DNA of 64,000 nucleotides, from the NCBI GenBank assembly GCA_043811375.1, contig JBDRNJ010000024.1, forward strand, positions 32,001-96,000. Direction: 5' to 3'. Positions 10,190-19,696 of the stretch are shown piece after piece. The notes beneath the pieces were generated by a model that saw nothing but the letters and a program-made list of their open reading frames with translations, had not been told where the DNA came from and did not search any database. Position numbers and translations under genes: made by a program. Within the stretch, counting starts at the first letter, position 1, and each line of letters begins with the position of its first letter. This DNA comes from a bacterium. Lineage in GTDB: Bacteria > Zixibacteria > MSB-5A5 > GN15 > FEB-12.

Positions 10190-11650
10190 ATGAAAGTAAT
10201 CAAAGTGTTGTTCATCGGCATCGGCAGCATCATTGCGTTCTGGCTCATACTCATCATTGTAGTCGCCATCTTCATCGAACTCGACTCCAACGAAACAACC
10301 AAAACATCAACTATTCAAGATGGCGCACCTGCACAATCTGCCAGTTCGACCGTCGAAAAGACATCCGGCAAATCCGGCTCCAGTGCCAAGGCCGAGACAT
10401 CGACCCTTAAATGGCGGATCATTGAAAAACGAGATGTCAGTCATGGAGCCGCTGAGCGCATCACTTACTGGGTCCGACTCAAGGACGATTACAATAGAGA
10501 CGAAATCCGCAAGGTAATCACTCACATAACCAATAAGTACAAGACCCATTACGATATCATCTGGCTTCGGATTATACCGCCCGACGCCAAACGGAGAGGA
10601 GAAGATTGGGTTGGCTGGACCCCGGAAATCTGCAAAACAAAATGGATCAGCCCATCCCTGGATAAACAATGGCACACGACTGGTGATTGCATGGGAACTA
10701 TAGATGAACATCTCGGACGGATAGCCATAGACTGGTCTGATGTTCGCGATGTCTCAGACAGACCACTCACTGCGAGTGTGCAGGATTTGCCGGTGCTGGA
10801 GGACGTGGCCAAAGAGAAGGATGTCGCTGACAACAGCTCGGTCAAAGCGTCGGGGTCCACCAAACACATACTCCCCTTTGACCCAGACGAAATAGTTAAA
10901 CAACTTAAATCATCAGAGTTTTATGCTCACGCCGACAGCATCATCTGGGAGCGAGAGACAAATCTCCTCGGCACCAGTTGGTGGCATGGCCAAACCGAAC
11001 ATCTTTCAGTCCATTTCAGAATAGTCCCCGATCAGCTTGCTGTGAGTATTCTTGCCTCTACACCGGATGGAATGGCTACCGCTCTCTTGACAATAACTGC
11101 ACTCAATCGTGCAGCATTTCCGATTGATCATGATTCGATCACACGAGAGATAATCCCACAGCTTCTTAAGGCCGCTGAATCCAATCCAAGTGAATCTCAG
11201 GCAACAACCCACAACAATCTAGGGTTGGAAGTTGCCAAGACACCCACTGGACTATTAGCCTACATAATAACGCGTGAACCCGTCTTCCAGAAACCATCTG
11301 ATTTCAGTCCCGGCACGCCTGAATACACACTTGCTAACTACATATGGACCTGGAAGGATCAGGACTGGGTCGCGATGGTCGAACATTGTCAGTTGACCTG
11401 GCGATCAAATAGCAATGATCCCACAGATGATCTTAAGGTGTGGCTCAACTTTTGTACGCCTGTTGGATTCAGGATCATTGATAAGGAGGGCGGACCTGCC
11501 GTCGTGAACATCTCTTTCACTCTGAAGGTTGATTGCCAAGGTCTCAAGAAAGAAAAAATAAAAACGGCAAGGGTCATTAAGGAGCGGGCACCATACAAGG
11601 TCAGTGTCGACGGACTGTGGGGTGTGAACCCGTATTCCTTTTTTCCATAG
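10190..11650 (+). CDS. Hypothetical membrane-anchored extracytoplasmic protein
   Basis: 486-aa ORF with one N-terminal TM helix, an S/T/K-rich linker and no recognised family. Confidence 0.8.
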   Translation: MKVIKVLFIGIGSIIAFWLILIIVVAIFIELDSNETTKTSTIQDGAPAQSASSTVEKTSGKSGSSAKAETSTLKWRIIEKRDVSHGAAERITYWVRLKDDYNRDEIRKVITHITNKYKTHYDIIWLRIIPPDAKRRGEDWVGWTPEICKTKWISPSLDKQWHTTGDCMGTIDEHLGRIAIDWSDVRDVSDRPLTASVQDLPVLEDVAKEKDVADNSSVKASGSTKHILPFDPDEIVKQLKSSEFYAHADSIIWERETNLLGTSWWHGQTEHLSVHFRIVPDQLAVSILASTPDGMATALLTITALNRAAFPIDHDSITREIIPQLLKAAESNPSESQATTHNNLGLEVAKTPTGLLAYIITREPVFQKPSDFSPGTPEYTLANYIWTWKDQDWVAMVEHCQLTWRSNSNDPTDDLKVWLNFCTPVGFRIIDKEGGPAVVNISFTLKVDCQGLKKEKIKTARVIKERAPYKVSVDGLWGVNPYSFFP

Positions 11651-11783
11651 GCCAATACGGAGTAGAAGTGATGTCGTATTACCAAAAAAGCCCCGGCGTA
11701 AACACCAACAGTGTTCAGATAGTTTGGGACTTAACATGTTCGGAACTTACTTGTAGGTCAACTTCTCCCCCTACACCACAGAA

Positions 11784-11925
11784 GTGGGCGCATGATGTCG
11801 TACGCCCACCACAATCTACCGGCAGGTGTCCATATCTACCTCGTAGTCATGCTGAGCGGAGTCGAAGCATGGAGCAGTGCCATTAAGCTCAACTAATAAA
11901 CTCATCAGACTTCGACGCTGCCATG
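11784..11925. repeat. REP-like palindromes between convergent genes
   Basis: Hairpin GTGGGCG-N12-CGCCCAC. GTCATGCTGAGCGGAGTCG at about 11846 is shared with 41173, and a partial inverted CTTCGAC lies at about 11910. Confidence 0.65.
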
Positions 11926-11948
11926 TGAGCGGGTTTCCTTACACAAAC

Positions 11949-13001
11949 CTACACACCGATCCGTATATGGTTTGAGAATATCCAGCCCCGCTTTCCTTTC
12001 CAGGCCTCAACACGGTAGATTCCCGGTTGAGACACGCTGTATTCCAGACGATCGGTATCAGCCTGGAGAATTATCTGTCCGTTATGTATCAGTTTGAGTG
12101 TGGCCCGGGAAGGGGTGCGGACCAGCAGGCGAGTGTTGTCATCTATCGGCAAACATCCACCACACACCACGCGTTCGGTAGCGTTCTGACCGTAAAACTC
12201 AAAGGCATCGACATTCCCCCAGCGCATATTGGACATGTAAAGCCGGGCATCACGTATGGCGTCGTACAACTGCCGGCGAGCGACCGGGAATTCTTTCGCC
12301 ATCGGCTCCGGTAATATAATGTGGCAGCGCAGGCACCTGAAATGCACCTTGTAGGGAAAAATTTCAACCTTGAAGGGACCGATACGAAACTGAAAGGCGT
12401 GAGCGTCCGGACTGGCGATACCGACTACTTTCCGTTCCATATTCAACTCGTCCCATTTCTTCAGAATCCGGTCGGTGGGTCCGATCATTGACTTGCGTGG
12501 CGAAAAGGCCATCAGCAGCAGGTTGTACCGGGTCAGTTGTTCCATCCATTCCGACATCTGGTTCCACAGTTCGATGCCGGTGAATCCGTCGGCCGTCCAG
12601 TCTTTCCACGGGTAGGCCGGGAATCGCTCCAGACGGTTTCTGATTTCGTCCGGGTGAGCCAGGATACCGATAGCGCCATCGGTCGCCCCGGCGGCAACAT
12701 ATTCGGCCGCCGTCATGTCAACCGGATATACCCGGGGCACGTCGTACAGTAAATAATGGTGGATATCGTCGGAGTCGTTGTGTTCGTAACCTATGACTAC
12801 GAGAGTTTTGCCGTACAGACCTTCGCCATTACGATCACGGTTGCTCAGTGTCATGTGATCGGAGAACATCATGAAATCGAGACCGGACCGTTGGCCGATA
12901 GCGATGACGTCCTCCAGGCTCCGGGTACCGTCGGACTCGGTGGTGTGGATGTGTATGGCGCCGCTGTAGTAGTACCAGTCACCGACCCGCTTACCCATCA
13001 T
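11949..13001 (-). CDS. PHP-domain metallohydrolase (CehA/McbA-like)
   Basis: GAIHIHTTESDG, FSDH, LAHP, GIELWN, SPDAH and C-terminal WIFSNHI. Confidence 0.85.
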   Translation of the reverse strand: MMGKRVGDWYYYSGAIHIHTTESDGTRSLEDVIAIGQRSGLDFMMFSDHMTLSNRDRNGEGLYGKTLVVIGYEHNDSDDIHHYLLYDVPRVYPVDMTAAEYVAAGATDGAIGILAHPDEIRNRLERFPAYPWKDWTADGFTGIELWNQMSEWMEQLTRYNLLLMAFSPRKSMIGPTDRILKKWDELNMERKVVGIASPDAHAFQFRIGPFKVEIFPYKVHFRCLRCHIILPEPMAKEFPVARRQLYDAIRDARLYMSNMRWGNVDAFEFYGQNATERVVCGGCLPIDDNTRLLVRTPSRATLKLIHNGQIILQADTDRLEYSVSQPGIYRVEAWKGKRGWIFSNHIRIGV

Positions 13002-14319
13002 TTATCCTCCGGGTCTCGGGCACTTTCCTGAAAATATACAATCCGACTACCATCATCGCCGCCAGTGTCAACACCCCCATTTTATATGGAAGTTTGACGG
13101 GGTCTATCGCGCCTTCTCCAAGCAGACTGATAGTAGCCCGTCCCAGCGACCGGTCCGGTCCAAACAGGTAGACTACTAACGTCCAGATCAGCGGTCCCAC
13201 CACAGCAGCGGCCCGACCCGACAGCGCAAACAACCCGAAGAATCGCCCCAGGTCTTCGCGCGGCACCAGTTCCGCCAGCAGGGGTCGCGATGTCGTCCAT
13301 AATCCTCCCAGCAGCACGCCTACCAGCGAACCGAGCACCCAGATCATTGCCGTGCTGTCGGTCATCAGAAACACCATTAGTACCACCACCCAACCCCAGA
13401 CAATCAGATTGAGCAGCTTTTTCAACGACCAGTGCTGGGCGAGTTTGCCGATTGCAAACGATCCCGCCACCGCCGAAACCGTCGAGATTATCAGGAAAGT
13501 GTCAATGGCTTCATCAGCCAGGCCGATCACAATCGTACAATACAAACCGATATTAATGATGACCGTCGCCACGGCATCTTCAAAGAAATAATCAGCGATA
13601 AGAAAGCGCAGTACGCCGGGATATTTCCGCGTCTGGCGAATCCCATCCCAGACAGCCCGATAGGAAGCCCCCAGTGAAATCCGGGCTCGTGGCCGTGATA
13701 CCGGCCGTTCCTTCACCCAAAGAAAGAGTGGTACAGCGAATAACATAAACAGGAGTGCCGTGGGCATAAACGAGCCCTGCTTGCCTGATCCATCCAGGAA
13801 AGGTACATCCCAACCATACAGATTTCCGTTGACGAACGGCAGAACCAGGACTATCCCCAGGACGGCGCCGACATAGCCCAACGCCACTCCCACTCCGGAG
13901 ATGAACCGTGCCCGAGCCCCTTCAGCCACCGAATACAGCAGTGAGTTGTAAAACGGTTGCCCGGCTTCGTAGGAGAAGTTGGCAATAATAAACAGGATAA
14001 TCGTCACGGCTATCAGTGAGGGTGGTATGACAGCCAACAATCCCACTGACAGACAGCAGGAAATGGTGAACAAAAACAAGAATATCTTTTTCTTCGTCGA
14101 CTGATCCGACATCGCTCCCAAAGCCGGTAAGAGCAAGGCGGCCGCGGCCATGGAAATCGAAAACGGGATATCGAAGTAATAATCTTCCCGCCCTAAATCC
14201 TCGACAATATAAAGCTTCAGATAGCGTGACGTTACGTTCATGGAATAGATGGTATTGGCGAAATCGTACAGGGACCAGCCGAGGATTTCCTTTCTCCACA
14301 GAGATTGCGGTTTATCCAT
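12991..14319 (-). CDS. MFS transporter (UMF1/ATG22-like)
   Basis: GWSLYDFANT, FYNSLL, ISGVGVALGYVG and GRFFGLFALSGR motifs; about 12 TM segments. Confidence 0.9.
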   Translation of the reverse strand: MDKPQSLWRKEILGWSLYDFANTIYSMNVTSRYLKLYIVEDLGREDYYFDIPFSISMAAAALLLPALGAMSDQSTKKKIFLFLFTISCCLSVGLLAVIPPSLIAVTIILFIIANFSYEAGQPFYNSLLYSVAEGARARFISGVGVALGYVGAVLGIVLVLPFVNGNLYGWDVPFLDGSGKQGSFMPTALLFMLFAVPLFLWVKERPVSRPRARISLGASYRAVWDGIRQTRKYPGVLRFLIADYFFEDAVATVIINIGLYCTIVIGLADEAIDTFLIISTVSAVAGSFAIGKLAQHWSLKKLLNLIVWGWVVVLMVFLMTDSTAMIWVLGSLVGVLLGGLWTTSRPLLAELVPREDLGRFFGLFALSGRAAAVVGPLIWTLVVYLFGPDRSLGRATISLLGEGAIDPVKLPYKMGVLTLAAMMVVGLYIFRKVPETRRINDG

Positions 14320-14322
14320 CGA

Positions 14323-14883
14323 CTACAACCCGAGTTGGTCGGAGATGGTTATCATGCCGTCTCTTACCAGCAACAGAAACTGATCGAGTTCAAGACCCAG
14401 GTTGTCACAGGCAGCCATGTTTTCCCGCAACGCTCCGGCGGCAAAGCGTTTCTCCTTGAAACGCCGCAGCATGAAGGCATTGTCGAAAGCCGATAGACAC
14501 TTCTGTGGATGCATCAGGGCACAGGCAACCAGAAAACCGGTAGCCGGGTCCACCGTATAAAGCGCCCAATCCAGACGGCTCCGACAGGGTACATGGCCGG
14601 GGTGAGCATGGATAGCATAGAGCATCTCCTCCGGCAGGTTGTAAGGCGCCAACCATTCGCCGGTCAGGTAAGTATGTCGGGCTTCGTCGTCTTTAGTCTC
14701 GTTGTAATCCAGATCATGCAGCAACCCGGTCAGACCCCAGTACTCTACATCCTCACCGAAATGCTCAGCCAGTCGTCGCATACCGGCCTCCACCGCCAGG
14801 ATATGTTTCAGCAGGTTGTTGACACCTATCTTCTCGACAACCATCTGATAGGCTTGCTCGCGGTTTAGTGATAATTCTACCAT
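14323..14883 (-). CDS. HD-domain (HDIG-type) hydrolase
   Basis: KHILAVEAGMR, WGLTGLLHDLDY, AIHAH and FKEKRFAAG. The ATG at 14883 is preferred over the TTG at 14919. Confidence 0.88.
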   Translation of the reverse strand: MVELSLNREQAYQMVVEKIGVNNLLKHILAVEAGMRRLAEHFGEDVEYWGLTGLLHDLDYNETKDDEARHTYLTGEWLAPYNLPEEMLYAIHAHPGHVPCRSRLDWALYTVDPATGFLVACALMHPQKCLSAFDNAFMLRRFKEKRFAAGALRENMAACDNLGLELDQFLLLVRDGMITISDQLGL

Positions 14884-14959
14884 AACCTGTAATAAAGGAT
14901 GATGTTGTCGACCTGTCAAGGTACAGAACTACTCGCCGGTTCCCTCCCGGACCCACCAT

Positions 14960-17005
14960 CTAATCCAGGAAATTCCATTGGAGATGATAGTAGAAGTAAC
15001 GGCCGGGAAAGGTGACGTACTCGCGTGAATGATAGGCTCGGGACAGCACATTCTGAAATACGAAATCGAACCGGAAATCCTTTAGCGCAAAAGACAGCTT
15101 GGCGTTCACCACCGGATTCATCCCCATATCCCGCTCCTGATATCCGTGGTACGGCCCGGTATAGACGATCTCGCCATAGGCAAACAGATCCAGCAGCCGC
15201 TGTGCCCAGAAGACGTGCATCTCAAGACCCGAGAAGTACTGGTATTCGGGGTCATAAGCCTTCTCTTCAAAAGCGCCGTAGAACTGCCAGTGCCAGGCGC
15301 CGCCACCGGTGTAAGTCAGAAATCGGCCCAGCCTGATACTGGGTCCGGCGCTGATATCGAAAAAGTCAATATCACCGTTCATCGGTGAAAAAAGCGTGTA
15401 AGATTTTATAGTATCCTCTATGGTTTCCCGGTGCCAGTCGATGCCGTCCAGGATGGTGCCACCCGTGACCCGAATACTAAAGTTGTTGTCAACCGACCCC
15501 AACTCCACCACCGAACTGGCCACCAATTGCCTTTCCGATTTGATATTATTGTTCCCCTGCTCCGCATAACCATCCGAGCCACTACCGTATAGAGTCGCTT
15601 TCTGGAAAGGCAGGTGCAATTCATACAGCGAAGGCGCTCGCTCGCTGTAGCCGACCGACAGCATCAACAACGATCGCGGCGTTTCCCGCCACAGGACGGC
15701 TGCCGCCGACGGCAACACCCGGAAATCCTCAACATACCGCGCAGAAACAAAAGCTGCCCAGCGTGTCCCTGACCGCAGGCTCCCGACGCGCAGGGTCATG
15801 CCGCCATCGGCGCGGTCAAGATTCTTAGGACCGTCATCGTATTCCAGGTAATCGGCATCGAGGTGCACCTGAAATACGGTCGTCCCCGAAAGCCACTCCC
15901 TGAGAGCGAACACTCCATGCCCGGTCAGGTTTAGACGGTTTTTAGTAACACCGGTGACATAGGAACCCTGGCGCAGATGCCGATAGCCGATCTCACTGCG
16001 AGCCCGGTTGTCACTGCTATTCAGATCATAAGAGAGTTGAACCGAGCGGTCAAAACGCTCACGGTCAACGGCCGCTCCGCCAGCTTCGGGTCTCACGACA
16101 AAATCCCCCTCCCGATGGTACAGTTGTCCCCAGGCGCAAAATCCGGCCCGTGACGCCAGCGGGAAGTAAAAGTCGCCATAGTAATGATAGGCGTCATCGA
16201 TCCGGTTGACATCCGGGCCGTCGGCATCACGGTAACCTATCGACGCATTGATGCGACGTCCCGACAGGAACCGACGCGAGTAGCGACCGCGCACATAGGA
16301 ATAACCGAAAGCACCCTTGTCGGCCAGCAGGGCCGTCTCAGCTTTGTGCGTTGACGGGCGACCGGGTCGCGTCAGGAGTGTAGCCACGGCGTTACGACCG
16401 CCAAGAATCTGACCCACCGGACCGGGCAACACGAAGATATCGGCATTGAAAGCGGTGGGCATGTCATTGAGATCCGTCAAACCGTCGGGCTGGGGAATAT
16501 GCTCAAAAGGGTGTAATTGGCGGCCGTCGATCAGTAGATTAAGACGATCGCCCGGAAGACCGAACGGTTGCACCGTCTTGCGCAGCGGTGTCACCTGGTG
16601 CTCAATAATCAGGTAGGAGGGATCGAAGCGAAAATAATCGCCGGCATCGTGAAAGGAAGATCGGTCGACATGTCGGCGCCGATTGAATCGTTCCGAAGTA
16701 AAATAGGTCGTAAGACTGTCCATGGCTGAGAGACCGGGTTGACGCTGGCGACGGCGGCGAAACTCCCGGAGACGTTCTTCAACACCAACACCGGAGGTAT
16801 CCGCGACACCGGTACTGTCGGCCGGTAACAGTTGCTCCGACAGAGTATCAATTACACCAGTTGTGTCATTCGTCAGGGGGAGATCAGGAACTTCTGTATC
16901 GGTAGTATCTGCTGCTACCGGTGCCGCCGGTGATACCGGTGCCGTCAGGCAAACCAGGATCAATATGAGCGTTCTAACTCTCACCAATAACTCCCTCCCT
17001 GACAT
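14960..17005 (-). CDS. Putative outer-membrane beta-barrel (TonB-dependent-receptor/porin-like)
   Basis: Signal peptide, acidic linker, plug-like segment, amphipathic beta-strand pattern and aromatic C-terminus FQNVL..PGRYFYYHLQWNFLD. Confidence 0.7.
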   Translation of the reverse strand: MSGRELLVRVRTLILILVCLTAPVSPAAPVAADTTDTEVPDLPLTNDTTGVIDTLSEQLLPADSTGVADTSGVGVEERLREFRRRRQRQPGLSAMDSLTTYFTSERFNRRRHVDRSSFHDAGDYFRFDPSYLIIEHQVTPLRKTVQPFGLPGDRLNLLIDGRQLHPFEHIPQPDGLTDLNDMPTAFNADIFVLPGPVGQILGGRNAVATLLTRPGRPSTHKAETALLADKGAFGYSYVRGRYSRRFLSGRRINASIGYRDADGPDVNRIDDAYHYYGDFYFPLASRAGFCAWGQLYHREGDFVVRPEAGGAAVDRERFDRSVQLSYDLNSSDNRARSEIGYRHLRQGSYVTGVTKNRLNLTGHGVFALREWLSGTTVFQVHLDADYLEYDDGPKNLDRADGGMTLRVGSLRSGTRWAAFVSARYVEDFRVLPSAAAVLWRETPRSLLMLSVGYSERAPSLYELHLPFQKATLYGSGSDGYAEQGNNNIKSERQLVASSVVELGSVDNNFSIRVTGGTILDGIDWHRETIEDTIKSYTLFSPMNGDIDFFDISAGPSIRLGRFLTYTGGGAWHWQFYGAFEEKAYDPEYQYFSGLEMHVFWAQRLLDLFAYGEIVYTGPYHGYQERDMGMNPVVNAKLSFALKDFRFDFVFQNVLSRAYHSREYVTFPGRYFYYHLQWNFLD

Positions 17006-17507
17006 ATAACCGCCGGGCGGCACTAAAAAGCAACGGGAAAATCAGCACGTTGGATACCATGGAGATTCCAGCCCAGATGGCGCCACCGACAAACCTCGGC
17101 CAGAACGGTTGAAAGAGTGCCGCATCGACGATGTTCACCGGCAGGTAGAAAATAACCGTACACAAAATCGCCGCCGGCACCAGGCGACCGACCATAGCCG
17201 GACCCCGACATTGCCGCCGGAGGAAAGTACGAAAAACAACTCCCACCAGACCACTGCCGGCAGCGCCAAGAACTTGCGCCACCATAATCGGCACCGGCGC
17301 CGGACCATAGGGATTGAGTGCCGTCCATAAACCCATGCCAAACAGTCCCACCAACGCACCCGGCAGCGCACCCCACATCAGGCCGGCGGAAAACACTATA
17401 AAAAAGATGAAGTTTATATTGGGCAGAAATGATGTTCCCCAGGACAGAACATATACCAGGGCCGAAAAAAGCGCCACACGAGCAACCAGGTGGTGCCTTG
17501 ACATCAT
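16974..17507 (-). CDS. ECF transporter S component (CbrT-like)
   Basis: 177-aa hydrophobic protein with about 6 TMs, an AxxxA motif in helix 1 (ALFSA) and LPNINF / AQV motifs resembling ECF S components. Confidence 0.7.
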   Translation of the reverse strand: MMSRHHLVARVALFSALVYVLSWGTSFLPNINFIFFIVFSAGLMWGALPGALVGLFGMGLWTALNPYGPAPVPIMVAQVLGAAGSGLVGVVFRTFLRRQCRGPAMVGRLVPAAILCTVIFYLPVNIVDAALFQPFWPRFVGGAIWAGISMVSNVLIFPLLFSAARRLYVREGVIGES

Positions 17508-19696
17508 CGGATAATAACGACCTTCACCCTGTCTTCAACCAGCAGTTCACGCTGCCGGGATGAAGCATACACCCGCCCCATCGCAATGTACACGCCAGAC
17601 GCTACTTCCCGCTCGTGTTCGTTTTTCATGTCCCAGGAAGTTGTGAATTCAATTATCTTGCCGCAATGGATGGGCGTGCCCGATTCCATTCGTCGCACGA
17701 ACTCCCCAGCCAGGTTAAAAACATCGACCGTATAACTGGGCTTGGTGTAGACCAGGTTACTGTAAACGTCCGTTGGAATCTGGAACTTGAATTTCAGCGG
17801 GGTCTGCCCCATTTCACCTACCACCGCCGGATTGGGGTACGGCGCCAGCACCGCCGCCGGTATGTTCACTAATTCCGGATCAATAATGATGGGCGTATCC
17901 AGCCGGGTGGAATCCAGCAGTCCATCGATGTAATATCCCAGTCTGAAGTCATAGTATCTTGAATCGTAGGCCGGGTAGTAATACGAGGCAGTAGACATAA
18001 TCATGGTTACCGATCGATACTGGTTGGGATGAAGAATGCGTACCAGTGAACTCTGATACGTGGAATCGATGTAGGGCATAAATGTCTGATCTACTGCGAA
18101 GGAATCCGGCCACTGGTCGAATTGATAAACCAGACTGAGTCCCCACGGCTGGGGCGGGTTGGAATCGGCTGGCGTGAGGGGGCCACGACCAATCGACACC
18201 CACATGTCCAGCACGGAATCAACGTGCATAATGTCATAGCCGGGCAACGTATCCGTCACCTGGGTTGAATCCAGACAGGTATCGTTCGACCAATTATCAC
18301 AAATCCAGAAAGTGGTATCTTCACGAATCGCCCGCAGGTTGTTCAGGCGCAGGTAAGCCGCCGAGTTATGCTCCGGCTTATACGGATTCTCATTGCCCGG
18401 CACATACGCCGGGTAGTTGGTCACGTTCACAATGGCGTGGCTGGTGTCGATGATGCTGGTGCCGATAGAGCGGAAGATCGAATCACGAAGAATCGGGTAG
18501 TAGAGGCCTTCGGAGTAACCGACACCCTCGGGAGAACAACAGACTCTCTGGCCGATAAAGAAATTCCAGAGAGCAAATTCACGAAAGGCCATGGCAAAAC
18601 CGCGATAGTCTGGATAACCTTCGATGGAATCAATGGCCAGTTCCGTGGCTGCCAGGAAATGCGGCCCGCCCCCCATATCGCCGCAACGCAGCCAAATGTC
18701 CTTGATGATCTCGGGGCCGTACTTTTCCGACAGGTAAATCGGAAATACCACTGACCCGTATGGGTGGTAGTCCAGGGCATCAGAAAGGTGCCGCTGGATC
18801 GACACCCGCGGATATTCAAAGAAGTAGGGTAAATAGATATAGTAATCATTGATCCCGTCGTAAACCTGCTCCTCCATCCATACGGCCGACATCTCCATCC
18901 AGTAACGACGCAGGTATTCTACGTTGTTGGCCGTGTCCAGTTCCGACTCAGTGAAGTCGATACCGAACTGCACCGCATGAAAAAACTCATGGGCGGCGGT
19001 TACCCGCACGGCGTCCAGCGGTCGGCTCTTGTAAGCAGCGATTCCTTGATAGTCGTTCTCCAACTCCATAAAAGAGGTGACCCGAATCGACATTGGATCA
19101 CCGTCAGCGTACTCATCAGGATAGGTTTGCCCCATGTAACCCGGAAACAGGTTGCTGAAATAGACATCGTATCTCTCGTCGCCACCCGACGGATAAAAGG
19201 AATCAACCGGAGGTGGGTCATAACCCAGCGTTTTGATAACATGATCGTAAACGTTGTCCAGGATTTTCGCCGATTCTTCGATGTAATTGGGCACCCCGTC
19301 GCCGTCGCTGTCTTCACCGGGACGGTAAACAGCGTGGCTACCTGTTGTCGTGTAGTGCAATTTGAACAACCCGGCGGGGCTGTTGTAAATTCGTTCGCCA
19401 GGATAAGTCGGCCTGTCGACAGCCTGCACCCCCAGGGCTTTCATAAGCTCGGGATCAAGCCGGTCGCGGAATACGAAAAAATCAGCCAGCGCCGACATAC
19501 CGCACTTAACGGGTGGCCTCTCAGCCGGGTCCTCGTCGGCAGTCGCGAACGATTCCACCGGCGGCGCCATCTGACCGGTGACATACCCATAATTCTCGAT
19601 AATCTCAATCTGTCTCTCCCTCGACAGGCTGTCGGCCTGAACCAGCGAAAAGACACTGACGACAATCACCGGCAACAACGACACAAACTTATTCAA
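17504..19696 (-). CDS. Secreted zinc metalloprotease (MXAN_6640-like) with C-terminal FlgD-like domain
   Basis: Signal peptide, DSDGDGVPNY Ca-type motif, VTAAHEFFHAVQ (HExxH), WMEMSAVWMEE and C-terminal PYPNP...WDMKN..VASGVY. Confidence 0.82.
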   Translation of the reverse strand: MNKFVSLLPVIVVSVFSLVQADSLSRERQIEIIENYGYVTGQMAPPVESFATADEDPAERPPVKCGMSALADFFVFRDRLDPELMKALGVQAVDRPTYPGERIYNSPAGLFKLHYTTTGSHAVYRPGEDSDGDGVPNYIEESAKILDNVYDHVIKTLGYDPPPVDSFYPSGGDERYDVYFSNLFPGYMGQTYPDEYADGDPMSIRVTSFMELENDYQGIAAYKSRPLDAVRVTAAHEFFHAVQFGIDFTESELDTANNVEYLRRYWMEMSAVWMEEQVYDGINDYYIYLPYFFEYPRVSIQRHLSDALDYHPYGSVVFPIYLSEKYGPEIIKDIWLRCGDMGGGPHFLAATELAIDSIEGYPDYRGFAMAFREFALWNFFIGQRVCCSPEGVGYSEGLYYPILRDSIFRSIGTSIIDTSHAIVNVTNYPAYVPGNENPYKPEHNSAAYLRLNNLRAIREDTTFWICDNWSNDTCLDSTQVTDTLPGYDIMHVDSVLDMWVSIGRGPLTPADSNPPQPWGLSLVYQFDQWPDSFAVDQTFMPYIDSTYQSSLVRILHPNQYRSVTMIMSTASYYYPAYDSRYYDFRLGYYIDGLLDSTRLDTPIIIDPELVNIPAAVLAPYPNPAVVGEMGQTPLKFKFQIPTDVYSNLVYTKPSYTVDVFNLAGEFVRRMESGTPIHCGKIIEFTTSWDMKNEHEREVASGVYIAMGRVYASSRQRELLVEDRVKVVIIR

